NCBI GenBank assembly: GCA_037447605.1
Contig: CM074805.1
Span: 2,761,361 to 2,825,360 of the forward strand
Origin: Zygnema circumcarinatum SAG 698-1b
Taxonomy: Eukaryota > Plantae > Zygnematophyceae
Direction: 5' to 3'
DNA: 64,000 nucleotides
The notes under the pieces were generated by a model, which was not told where the DNA came from, did not search any database, and saw only the letters and a program-made list of their open reading frames with translations. The number at the start of each line of letters is the position of its first letter. The first letter of the stretch is position 1. Below, piece by piece: positions 10,404 through 20,233 of the stretch. Both the position numbers and the translations under genes were made by a program.

Positions 10404-11392
10404 GGAGAATTCTACTGCACCCCCCTATTTTGGCTTTCGCACCCCCCTTTTGAAAATTTTGCCTGCCCGATTTGGTTATCGCCCTGTTTTGAATATTTCG
10501 GGAGGGAATCTTTTTCCCGCTCCTCCCGTCCCCTCCCCTCCCCTCCCCTCCCCTGCCCTGCCCTGTCCGGCCTCGGCCCTCCCCTTCCGCCCACACCCCT
10601 CCCCCCCCTCACTTCCCCTCCCTTGCCCTGCCCTCCCTTGCCCTCCCCTCCTCATTTTTTGGACATTCCACCCCCCCGTTTTCTCCTTTTCCCTACTGAC
10701 TTCCAACATTGTGCGACAAAAGAAAAGGGGATATGCATTGATCTCAAGATGGTGAGGCCATCAAATGAACATGGACGAAGTCAACATGGGAACCACAAGA
10801 AACGGGTCGCAAATGAACTAAGCGCAAAATAAAAAAACAAAGAGCAAAAACCTAACTAAACTAAGCCTAAGTGCAAAAACGCAGCCCTAAACGCAGCCGC
10901 AAAAGTCACCAATGTGGGGCAACTGTTACTCTTTGTTTTCAGGTTAGGATTGTAGCCCCCCTAACTAAGGCAAGATTTTAAGTTGTGGTCTGGTTGCATG
11001 CAATTGGAACATTTTTTCCCCTCAGCGTCCTCAATGATGTCCTTCTCCTTGGAAAACGTTGCCCTGATCTCAAAAGGGCAATTTTTCAAGCTGCTGGAGG
11101 TATGCCTCCTCTTGCTACTCTCTTCCTGACCTCTATTCCCGTAGGTCCCCCTGCTGAAGCATTGCAGGTGGAGTCGCCGGCTGTCGCTATGCCTGCCGAT
11201 CTTGATGTCAACTCCTTCGTGCCTGTAGTGCTCGGTGATGACTTGTACAAACAAGCTCATCGCGGGTCTCATACTCAGTTGTTGTTTCGCTCCCGAAATA
11301 TTCAAAACGGGGGGGAGAACCAAAATGGGCAGGCAAAAATTTCAAGAGGGGGGTGCGAAAGCCAAAATGGGGGGGGTGCAGTAGAATTCTCC
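10404..11392 (-). mobile_element. Non-autonomous Mutator-like element (MULE) with a transposase remnant
   Basis: ~100-bp TIRs (GGAGAATTCTACTGCACCCCCC...) and 8-bp TSD ATTGCTAA. Minus-strand remnant resembles FAR1/MuDR (QCFSRG...KRRHTSSSLKNCPFEIRAT) fused to a knuckle CSNCMQPDHNLKSC. Confidence 0.88.
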
Positions 11393-11589
11393 ATTGCTAA
11401 AACGAGAGCATGTGCGCACCTTCAACGGGAAAGATGCAGCGCTGCCTGCCACTCAGGGACGGACACGTGCCAGGTGGCCGCCGCCCATTCGTCATTAAAA
11501 ACAGTTTGCACGGACTGGTCCGGTCCCTCGAAACTGAGCCCTGTGTCGTGCTACATGTAACATGTCCCATGGTTGCTCCGTAGCACTCC

Positions 11590-11835
11590 CATGCTTCATC
11601 CCACGCACATGAGGCATGAGGTCATGATTAGGCCATGAGGTCATGATGCTATAAGGTCATGATGAAGCCATGATGCCATGAGGTCATGATGAGGCCATGA
11701 TACCATGAGGCCATGATTCCATGAGGTCGTGATGCCATGAGGTCATGATGAGGCCATGATGCCATGTGGCCATATGAGCCCTTGAGGCCATATGAGGCCA
11801 TGGTGCCATGAGGCCATGAGGCTATATGTGGCCAT
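11590..11835. repeat. Degenerate ~8-bp CATG-core minisatellite (CATGAGGC/CATGAGGT/CATGATGC)
   Basis: More than 20 imperfect units read directly. Confidence 0.85.
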
Positions 11836-12030
11836 GAATGCCACGATGTCCATTTGGCATTCGGTCATCGCACGCTCGGGGACCCGGGCTCCGGCTGGAA
11901 AAGAAAGAAGAAACCACGAGGGAAGCGAAGGGGGCATGCGTCAGCAGGAAATTAGGGTTTCCTGCAGGCCGCCTTTCTGCTCGCCACGTGGCCTCTCTGA
12001 GTCGGAGCGAGGCACTGCTGGGGCCTCGTC

Positions 12031-13541
12031 ATGGCCTTGACCGCGGCCGCGAGTCGTCCCTGCAGCGTCTCGTACGGCTGCTCGCAGCAGCCATGGCCTG
12101 AGGGGCCGTGTGTTGTCAAGGTGAGGACGTTTTCTGGCCGACAGATTTTAGGGTTAGAGTTATGCGCCGTGGGTAGGATAGGGCCGGGGAGAAGACCAAC
12201 GAAGCGTGGCGAGAAGGCGGGTGTTCGCGTTCGCGCCATGGCGGGAGGAGAGGAGGTGAGCGTGTCCGGGGCGGCGGGAAGGGGACCTCTGTGACCGCGA
12301 AAGATTTCAGCACTTAAGAGTTTCTATTGAGCTTGGCCTGCAGGTTCTTTTGGGGTTTAGGGTTTCTTGTGTTCTTGTCGAGATTGAAGATGCTCTACAA
12401 ACTCCACATAGCTGAAAAAACAGCCAATCAACGGAGTTGAAGTTCAAAGCTGGGTCCAGCTGGCCGGCTCCCTCCCTTTTGTTTTTGGTTGGGGTTACAG
12501 AAAGATGAGAAGTAATCGAATGAATCCATTTGTGATGGTTGAGCTTCGTATGATGAGCAGAAGTTTGAGGACGAGGCACAGAGTGCGAGGGACGAGCGGC
12601 GGGCGATTGAGGCACTCGAGTCTTTAGGGCGAGGACGGAAGTCTAAGAAGTAAGGAAAAGAACTCATGTCCTTTTCCTTGTACGTTATCCCGCGGCATTC
12701 TGCTGCCATACATGCAGTCGTTCTCAATGTTCTTGAGCTGATAGACGTTGTGTCATCCTCTAAATTGGACACGCTATCTGCTGTCTAGATTAAGCTTAAC
12801 TTCCAGCTTGCCTTAGCCTTTCTGTGCAATAAGCACTTCGTGCATTTGTGGTTCCATGCCAGTGATAGCTTGAATTATTTTTCCCGTTAAACATCTCGTC
12901 AGCCTATTACGGGGTCGGTCCAGCTGCACGTTCTCGTTTTGCACGTTGAGCTGCTCAGCTGGCTAAAACAGGTCGCTCCATTCACAAGCTTGAAATTTCC
13001 ACATTTTGCACTGTCCTCAGTTTGTTTCCAGTCAGTGCTGTCCCCAATTTTGCTTGAAGTTGAGTTGAGATTTTAGTTATTCAGCATTAACTATGACTAT
13101 GACAAAATATAGGATATCTGTTTTTATACAAAATGCAAGAAGTATGCATGCACTAATGACGGGCCTAGAGTCAATCCTGTTTTCGGGATTCGTACGCGCC
13201 AATACAAGAGTTCGTGACGCTGGCGATGGTGCTTATGTAGAATGTGGGTTTCACTGGTTTGGGAACGAAACAGGCAGGACTATGATTCAGACGAAGAAGA
13301 GGAGGAGGACTACTATGATGAGAGACCCAAAAAGAAGAAGTCGTGGGAGGAAATGTCAGGGTCGGAGAAGCTGTACGAGGCGTGGTTGGGGGAACGGGGG
13401 GGGCTGTACTGGCTCAACGAGCTCGCTTGGGTGGCCATCCTCCTCATCGGGTTCCTGTGGGTTGTGTTCCGGTTTGTGGGTCCAAACCTCGGCCTGTATG
13501 AACTGGAGAGCCCGTTGTTGCCTCCAACTGAAGCTTTTTAG
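12031..13541 (+). CDS. Unidentified protein with one C-terminal transmembrane segment, possibly plastid-targeted; upstream exons uncertain
   Basis: Terminal exon 13274-13541 (acidic DYDSDEEEEDYY, then EKLYEAWLGERGGLYWLNELAWVAILLIGFLWVVFRFVGPNLGLY) splices in phase to a donor at 12649. Transit-peptide-like exon 12031-12120. Middle exons are not resolved. Confidence 0.5.
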
Positions 13542-14399
13542 GAAGGAGTTTTTTTTACCTCTTTCAGGTAGCCTTATTAAAAGTGAACTGGATGTTGACG
13601 GGTTGGCGGTTTTCGTTTTAACAATTTCATTGTACTCTTTTATTATTTTCTTCTCACATATTTTCACTGCGCCGATCGGATTAAACTGTTTTCCTTGTTT
13701 TTATGACAGTCAACATATTTGTCTGTGAATCGATATGTAGCATACATCCTCCAGTGCCCAGACCGCCATGAGTCATGGCGAGCCATCGTCGCATGTCTGT
13801 GGACACATGATTGTCGCATCATGCATCCCATACATACCATCTCGCCGAGTCGCTGCTCCCACGGCCCCACCGGACCTGTGCCGCCGACCGTAAAACCGCA
13901 CAGGTTGAGAAATTGAGAAAAATTCTAATCCTCAATCTTATTAGGGGGAGTCAGACCTTGACCATCGCCCGCGGAATTGCAAGATTTCGACCGCGGAAAG
14001 GTATTGATTTCGATTTCCGAATTCGGTTCGGAAACCACGGCTCCCCCCGAACCTGTCTGTCACGTCGTACGGCGGAATAGGCTACAAAAATGCCCCCAAA
14101 TTTCAGAATTCCGCGCTCCGAAACGGGGGGCCTCTGGAGGCCCCCCGTTTCGAAATTCCAGCTTTCCGCCGATGAGGAATCGTGCCCCGCCTTGTCGCCA
14201 TGCGCGTCACGCACGTGCGAGCGCCTCTCTGCCGCCGCCCGGACGCCGCGACCCGCCGCCGCGCAAAGCAGCGTTTCCAGTGCTGGCGCAGGTTTAGGGT
14301 TTCGCTTCCCCCAGCACCAGCGGCTTCTTTCCGGCAACTGTGAGCACCACGGGAGAGCGGTGAGCGAAGACGTCAAGGCGAAGAGGTACTCCCTCTCTA

Positions 14400-15560
14400 T
14401 TCCCCTCTGTTGCTGTCTCCCTCGTCTCTCCCTCTCTGTTCCCCCCTTTCTCTCTCTCTTGCTATCTTCCTTTGTCACTCTCGCCCTCTTGTCTCTCCCA
14501 CTTTCTCCCTGCCTGTGCCACTCTGCCCCTGCCTCCATCGGCCTGGCCCATGCCTCCCTTGTCTCCCTTGTTGCTCTTTCTCCTGCTGCTGCGCTGCTTT
14601 TCTCGCTGCTTCGTTTTCTGCTGCACCAGCTGCTTTTAGTGCTCCTTCTTTCTCTGCTTCTGCTGCTGCTACTGCTGTTTCTTTTTCAGCTGGTTTTGGT
14701 ATTGTTGTGCTGTTGCTGCTGCTGCTGCTGCTGCTGTTACTGCTGCTGCTGTTGTTGCTGCTGCCGTCTTTTCTGCTGCTGCTGCTTTCTTTGCTGCTGC
14801 TGTTGCCACTGCTGGTGCTCCTACTTTTTTTGCTGCTTCTTGTCTGCTACTTCTGCTGCTTTTGCTTCTTTTTCTGCTACTGCTCTTTTTACTGCTTCTT
14901 TTTCTGTTGCTTTTTTGCGCTTCTTTTCCTGTTGCTGTTGCTATTGTTGTTCTGCTGCTGCTGCTGGTGCTCCTGCTTTCTTTGCTGCTTCTTGTCTGCT
15001 CCTGCTACTGCTTTTGCTTCTTTTTCTGCTACTGCTCCTTTTTACTGCTTCTTTTTCTGTTGCTTTTTTTGCTGCTTCTTTTCCTGTTGCTGTTGCTATT
15101 GTTGTTTTGCTGCTGTTGCTGCTGCTAATTTTTTTACTGCTTCTTTTTCTGTTGCTTTTAATGTTGCTTCAGTCTCTGCTGCTGCTGCTATTGTTGTTCT
15201 GTTGCTGCTAGTGCTGCTGGTGCTTTTTTTACTGCTTTTTTTTCTGATGTTTTTTTGCTGCTTCTTTTTCTGCTGTTGTTGTGTTGTTGTGTTGTTGTTG
15301 CTGCTGCTGCTATTGATATGCTGCTGGTGCTGCTGTTGTCCTTTCTGCTGCTGCTTCTGTTGCCGTTGCTTTTTTTGCTGCTGCTTGTTTTGCTACTGTT
15401 GCAGCATTCATTTTTTTTTTTGCTGCTGCATTCCTCTTCCGCATTGCCCTGTCGCTCTTGCCTTTGCCCCTTGCTGTGTTGTTCTTGCCTCTGTCTCCCT
15501 TGCCTGTCCTTGTGCTTCCCGTTCCTTATGCTTGTGTTGTGTGTATGATTGCATATAATT
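14400..15560 (+). repeat. Strand-asymmetric CTG/CTT/TTG low-complexity tract with ~130-150-bp internal repeats (mirror at 17330-18230 on the - strand)
   Basis: Composition and recurring TTTTTACTGCTTCTTTTTCTGTTGCT blocks. Confidence 0.85.
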
Positions 15561-15578
15561 CCTCCCCCTCCCCATTAA

Positions 15579-15649
15579 GTCAAAGTGGCGGATTGATTAC
15601 GCAACTGTTGTAAAACAGTAATAAAGGGGTTCAAATCCCCTCTTTGACC
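15579..15649 (+). tRNA. tRNA-like cloverleaf copy 1 (GTA variant), 6-nt anticodon loop; probable pseudo-tRNA
   Basis: Acceptor GTCAAAG/CTTTGAC, D-arm GCG..CGC, anticodon arm ACTGT-TGTAAA-ACAGT, T-arm AGGGG-TTCAAAT-CCCCT. 71 nt. Confidence 0.75.
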
Positions 15650-16835
15650 TGCACTGTTTATTCATTCTTCCATTTTTATTCATTTATAGTTTTTGTGTTT
15701 GTGCTTCATGTCTTATATTTGTTGTTATTTTTCCTAGTTCTTTTTATTGCTTTTTGCCTTTTCCTTCAAAACTTACGTTTTACGTTTTACATCATATTTT
15801 GTTTTGAGCATATATAGGTAGTTTGCTAACAAAATTATGCCGGCACACTCAGGAAAACCCGTCTTCTTTGGTTTTTGGAAACCTTGGTGGTATTAGCAAC
15901 CATTCAGGATAACCATGATCAAGTGCGGCAATGGGCTGTATTTGATGCCATCAATACAATTATAGAATCCCTTGTAACTGCGTGTGCTCAAAATCCAAAA
16001 CGTCCGGACTTAGGAGAAACAAGTTGATAAAGGTGCAATTGATTCAACAACAATACAAAAAATATCATTAGAAAAAGAATGATCGACGTGTGGGCTAAGG
16101 AGGGACAAAGTGGGCGGGGGTGGGAAGAAGAGGATCAACAAGAGAGAATGGAGAGGGTTGAGATCCACTAAAGAGGAGAGCGAGAGTGAGTCGGGAATAA
16201 GCCATAAGAGGGAGACAACAACAAGAAGATTGTAAGGAAGGGGCAAAGAACACAAGATGCTAAGATGTCACATACTAAGAGGGGGAAGGAGACACACGGG
16301 GTAGAACAGGAAGGGAAGTGACAGAAAAAAGAGAGGGCAAGATACAGCAAGGTAAGCGAACGAGAGATAAGAAGGGAGGGGACAGGAAAGGGGGGGGGGG
16401 GAAGATGGAAGAACAAGGCAGGGAAAAACAATGAATGGAGCGTGAGAGGGAGAGAGAGTGGGAGGGAGGGAGCAAGTGAGCACACGGATACAAACATGAG
16501 GAGAGATGGGCAAAAGAAAGGGTCGCAGGTGGCAAACTAGACGGACGTCTATATGAATAATCTTAACAGACAGGAAGACAGTCTGTCTGAAGACCAGCCG
16601 TTCAAATGGAGTTTCCAAACACCAAGCTGCGAAGAGAGTGAGAAACAAAAAACAAACGCACCAAGGCCAGCATACAGAGAGGAGGAAGCGGGTGAGGGAT
16701 GGGGGGAATGCACAAATAACAAAAGTGAGAATGGGAGAAAGAGGGCACAAAGAGGGGGGAGGGGCAGAGAAAAAGCAAAAGCACAAACACAAAAACTATA
16801 AATGAATAAAAATAGAAGAATGAATAAATCGTACA

Positions 16836-16906
16836 AGTCAAAGAGGGGATTTGAACCCCTTTATTACTGTTTTGCAACAGTTGCGTAACCAATCCGCCAC
16901 TTCGAC
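16836..16906 (-). tRNA. tRNA-Cys(GCA)-like cloverleaf copy 2, 6-nt anticodon loop
   Basis: GTCGAAG-TG-GCGGATTGGTTACGC-A-ACTGT-TGCAAA-ACAGT-AATAA-AGGGG-TTCAAAT-CCCCT-CTTTGAC-T. U discriminator as in tRNA-Cys. Confidence 0.8.
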
Positions 16907-17233
16907 ATAATGGGGAGGGGGAGGAATAACATTCAATCATACACAACACAAGCATAGGCAGAGGAACGGGCAGCAGAAGAAGAAGAAAAGGCAGCAGCAG
17001 CAGAAATAGCAAAAGCAGAAAAAGAAACAGCACAAAAAACTGCAACAGCATGAATAGCAGCAGAAACAGCAGCACAAAACAAAATATGGTATACAAGGTA
17101 TTCAAAGTTTTGAAAGAAACTCAGAAAACAAAAAAAAACANAACTAAGATAAATAACCACAAATATTTTACATCAAATGCACAAACACAAACACTATATA
17201 TGAATCAAAATAAACAAATGAAAAAATAGTACG

Positions 17234-17304
17234 AGTAGAAGAGGGGATTTGAACCCCTTTATTACTGTTTTGCAACAGTTGCATAACCAATTTGCCACTT
17301 CGAC
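17234..17304 (-). tRNA. tRNA-Cys(GCA)-like cloverleaf copy 3, 6-nt anticodon loop
   Basis: Same fold. D-stem is GCA/TGC and the acceptor has one mismatch. Lies 398 bp from copy 2 in tandem. Confidence 0.75.
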
Positions 17305-19060
17305 TTAATGGGGAGGGGGAGGAATAACACACAGTCATACACGCAACAAAAGCATAAGCGAAGGAACAAGAGGCACAAGTAAAGGAAGGGAAGACTGAGG
17401 CAAAGGCAACATAGCAAGGGGCAAAGGCAAAGGATGTCGGGGCAGGGGCGAGGGAGGTAAAATACGGAACGTGGAATGCGGAATGCGGAATGATGAATGA
17501 AGCAACAATACAAATAAAACAAAACCTACAGCAGCATTAGCATAAAAGCAAAAGCAAAAAAAGCAGCAGCATAAAAAGCAACAGCATCAGCAACAGCAGC
17601 AGCAACATCAACAGCAGGAGCAGGAGCTGGAGCTATAGTAGCAGTAACAGGATAAGAAGCGGCTGAAGCTGCAGCAGTAGCAACAGAAACAGCAGCAACA
17701 GCAGAAACAGCGGCAGCAACACAACAACAACAGCAAAAACAGGAGATGAAGAAGGAGGAAGCAACAAGAGCAGAAAAAGCAAGAGCAAAAAAAACAGCAG
17801 CAACATCAACAGTAGCAGCAGGATGAGAAGCGGCAGCAGCTAGAGCAGTAGCAGCAGAAACAGCAGCAACAACAGTAGCAGCGGCAGCAGCACAACACAA
17901 CAACAACAGCAGAAACAGCAGATGAAGAAGAAGATGAGGCAACAGCAGCAGCAAAAAAACCAAAAGCAAAAAAAGCGGCAGCTTAAAAAGCAGGAGCAGT
18001 AGCAAAAAGAGCACCAAGGGAGACAAGGGAGGCATGAGCAAAGGCGAGGGAGGCAGGGGCAGGTGCAAGATCATAGGTGGCAGGGGCAAGGGAAAGGAAG
18101 GGAAAGGGAGGCAGAGGGAAGGGCAGAGGAGGCAGGTGCAGAAGCAAGGGCAAGGGAGGCAGGTGCAAGGGCACGGGAGGCAGGGGCAAGGGTAAGGGAG
18201 GCAGGGGCAAGGGCAAGGACTCACTGCTGCTCAAGTCCGCCGTCGTCCCTAAAAACCGATCGCGCTTTTGCCGTGGTCGACGGCACACCGCTCACCGTTC
18301 ACCGTTCACTGGGGTGAGGCGAGAGGACGCTCTGCTCACTCCGCTGCAAGGATGGCTCGGGCGATGGCGAGGGAGGAGCCCTATACCCTAAACCCGAGCT
18401 GATCTGAGCTCGCTGAGAGCGAGCAGACGGGCAGGCGGCGGACGCGAGGCGCCGCGGCGGGACGCCGCTCGCGCGGTGGTGACGCGCGTGGCGACAAAAC
18501 GGAGGGCGGCGGGCGGCAGGCGGCGGAGGGAGCGCGGGGGGCCGAAAAGGGGGGAGTCAGACTTGGCCCGGAGATACGGAGGCAAAATAATTGATCTCTG
18601 GAATTCGTGACGCCCGAGCCTGTCGAACGTCCACTTTTCGCGGAATTGGGCTGCCGTACAACGCGGAATTAGGGCCGGGGGCTTTCTGAATTGATTTGGC
18701 GCTGGTCTAAGTCTGACTCCCCCTATTGAACAGGGTTGAACTTTGAACACGCGAGGTCGAAACTTTTTCGATTTAAGAAAGCGAAAAGTCTTAATGAAAA
18801 AGTTCAAAGACTCAATTTTGTTCGGTCGCACGTGTGGACTCCAATTTTTGCCACTTTGGTTCCGTGAGATTCGAGGGATCTGCTCAACCCAAGCGCCATT
18901 TTGCCCTACAGTATCCCCCCTAATATTTTCGCCATGGTTTCGGCAAATATTGGGCGAAAATCTTGGAATTTGCAAATATAAGGAAGTCCGTGTTAACAAT
19001 AGGCGGGCGGTATTATGTTAGAGTTCGGCCTGCGGCCGTACTGTTTCTCTCTGTAACAGG

Positions 19061-19457
19061 TAGGGATGGATTAATTACGACTATACAATATATATTATAT
19101 TATACAACTGTGACGACTAGATAACGGCTGATATATATTACTTTACAACGCCTTTACAACATGTACGGTGATACGAACGTACGACCGTACATGTCCCTGC
19201 CTCTCGGCGGCGAGCACGAGCACGAGAAGACAGAGTGAACCAGACGGACGCATTTCGCAACGCCAACGCCAAAACGACCTAATTTTGGTATGGTACGACC
19301 GCACGACCGTACGAGTACGGTCGTGCGGTCGTCAATTGTTCAAAACGAGTGGGTATAATATATGTAATAAAATGTTTTACTTTGTAATATATTACTACTT
19401 TTAAACCCGTTGTAAAATATATAATGTATTCGGAATTTATAACGCGGGCCATCCCAA
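19061..19457. mobile_element. hAT-like MITE (TAGGGATGG...CCATCCCAA), AT-rich with CGTAC/ACGACC subterminal repeats
   Basis: Ac/Ds-like terminal sequence, size and composition similar to 41122-41514. No matching TSD found. Confidence 0.55.
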
Positions 19458-20233
19458 GGTGAGAGGATTCGTACGACACGCCACGTCGGGCGATAATGTT
19501 TGTCGTTTATTGCTTCAGGAGGCCTCATGCAAGTGCCGGCATGACCTAAAATTCACATTAGGTGGGCACACGTGGCGATCGGCCATTGGATTATAATTCC
19601 GGCATGCACAATCGGGCTCATGTAATGTGCGCCTAAAACGATAAATTTTGTCGTTTACTGCTTGGAACTTCATTCTTTCTGGCAGCAAGCGCAGGCGGTT
19701 GCATTCGTACACTCACAACGCTGTACGGTAGTCATGCCGTACGCATGTCGCGACGAACCAGGCATCCGCAACAGATAACCGCCCCCTGCGGCCCATCGGA
19801 ACATCGTACGGCCCTCAACGGCCCCCGCATTCCGACAGTCATTTTTTGGACCGGATAGCCTGTCGACTTCGGATACTCCGACGTCCTAAAACGACAAAAA
19901 GTCGGTGCTGCCTAGCCGGTGTCGGCGGGAGAGGACTTTTCGAGCGTCTCGTACGGACAAGGGCCGCCGGGCAGGTGCAGAACGGCCTCACGGCCAATGG
20001 GAACCCGCCACGCGGGCAGTCAAATGCAGATCATTGGGAAAAACGTTATAATGCGTCGTGAAAAACATTTTTGGTTTCTGCCCGCCACAAGAAAAACCGC
20101 CATTTAGGCTAAGTTTGGAATTTGTTTTTTCAATGTCCAAGTTTGCTTTCGCTTCTCCCCTCTCCTCGTCCCGCCCTCCCTCCTGCCTCACCCACCGCCT
20201 TCTCTCGCCCTCCGTGCTGTCGCCCCCCCCGCC

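Larger units (their letters stand above)
13944..18723. mobile_element. TIR-bounded ~4.8-kb mirror-architecture element (putative non-autonomous DNA transposon or foldback)
   Basis: 26-bp inverted ends GGGGGAGTCAGACCTTGACCATCGCC / GGGGGAGTCAGACTTAGACCAGCGCC (23/26), flanked by TA on both sides (or ATT if the ends include the A/T). Subterminal CGCGGAATT motifs and inverted arms with the same module order. Confidence 0.55.

Noticed and set aside
14090-18224. Leu/Cys/Phe-rich ORFs as membrane-protein genes
   Set aside because: CTG/CTT/TTG tracts lack stops in several frames at once, frames are not conserved between arms, and there is no splice logic.
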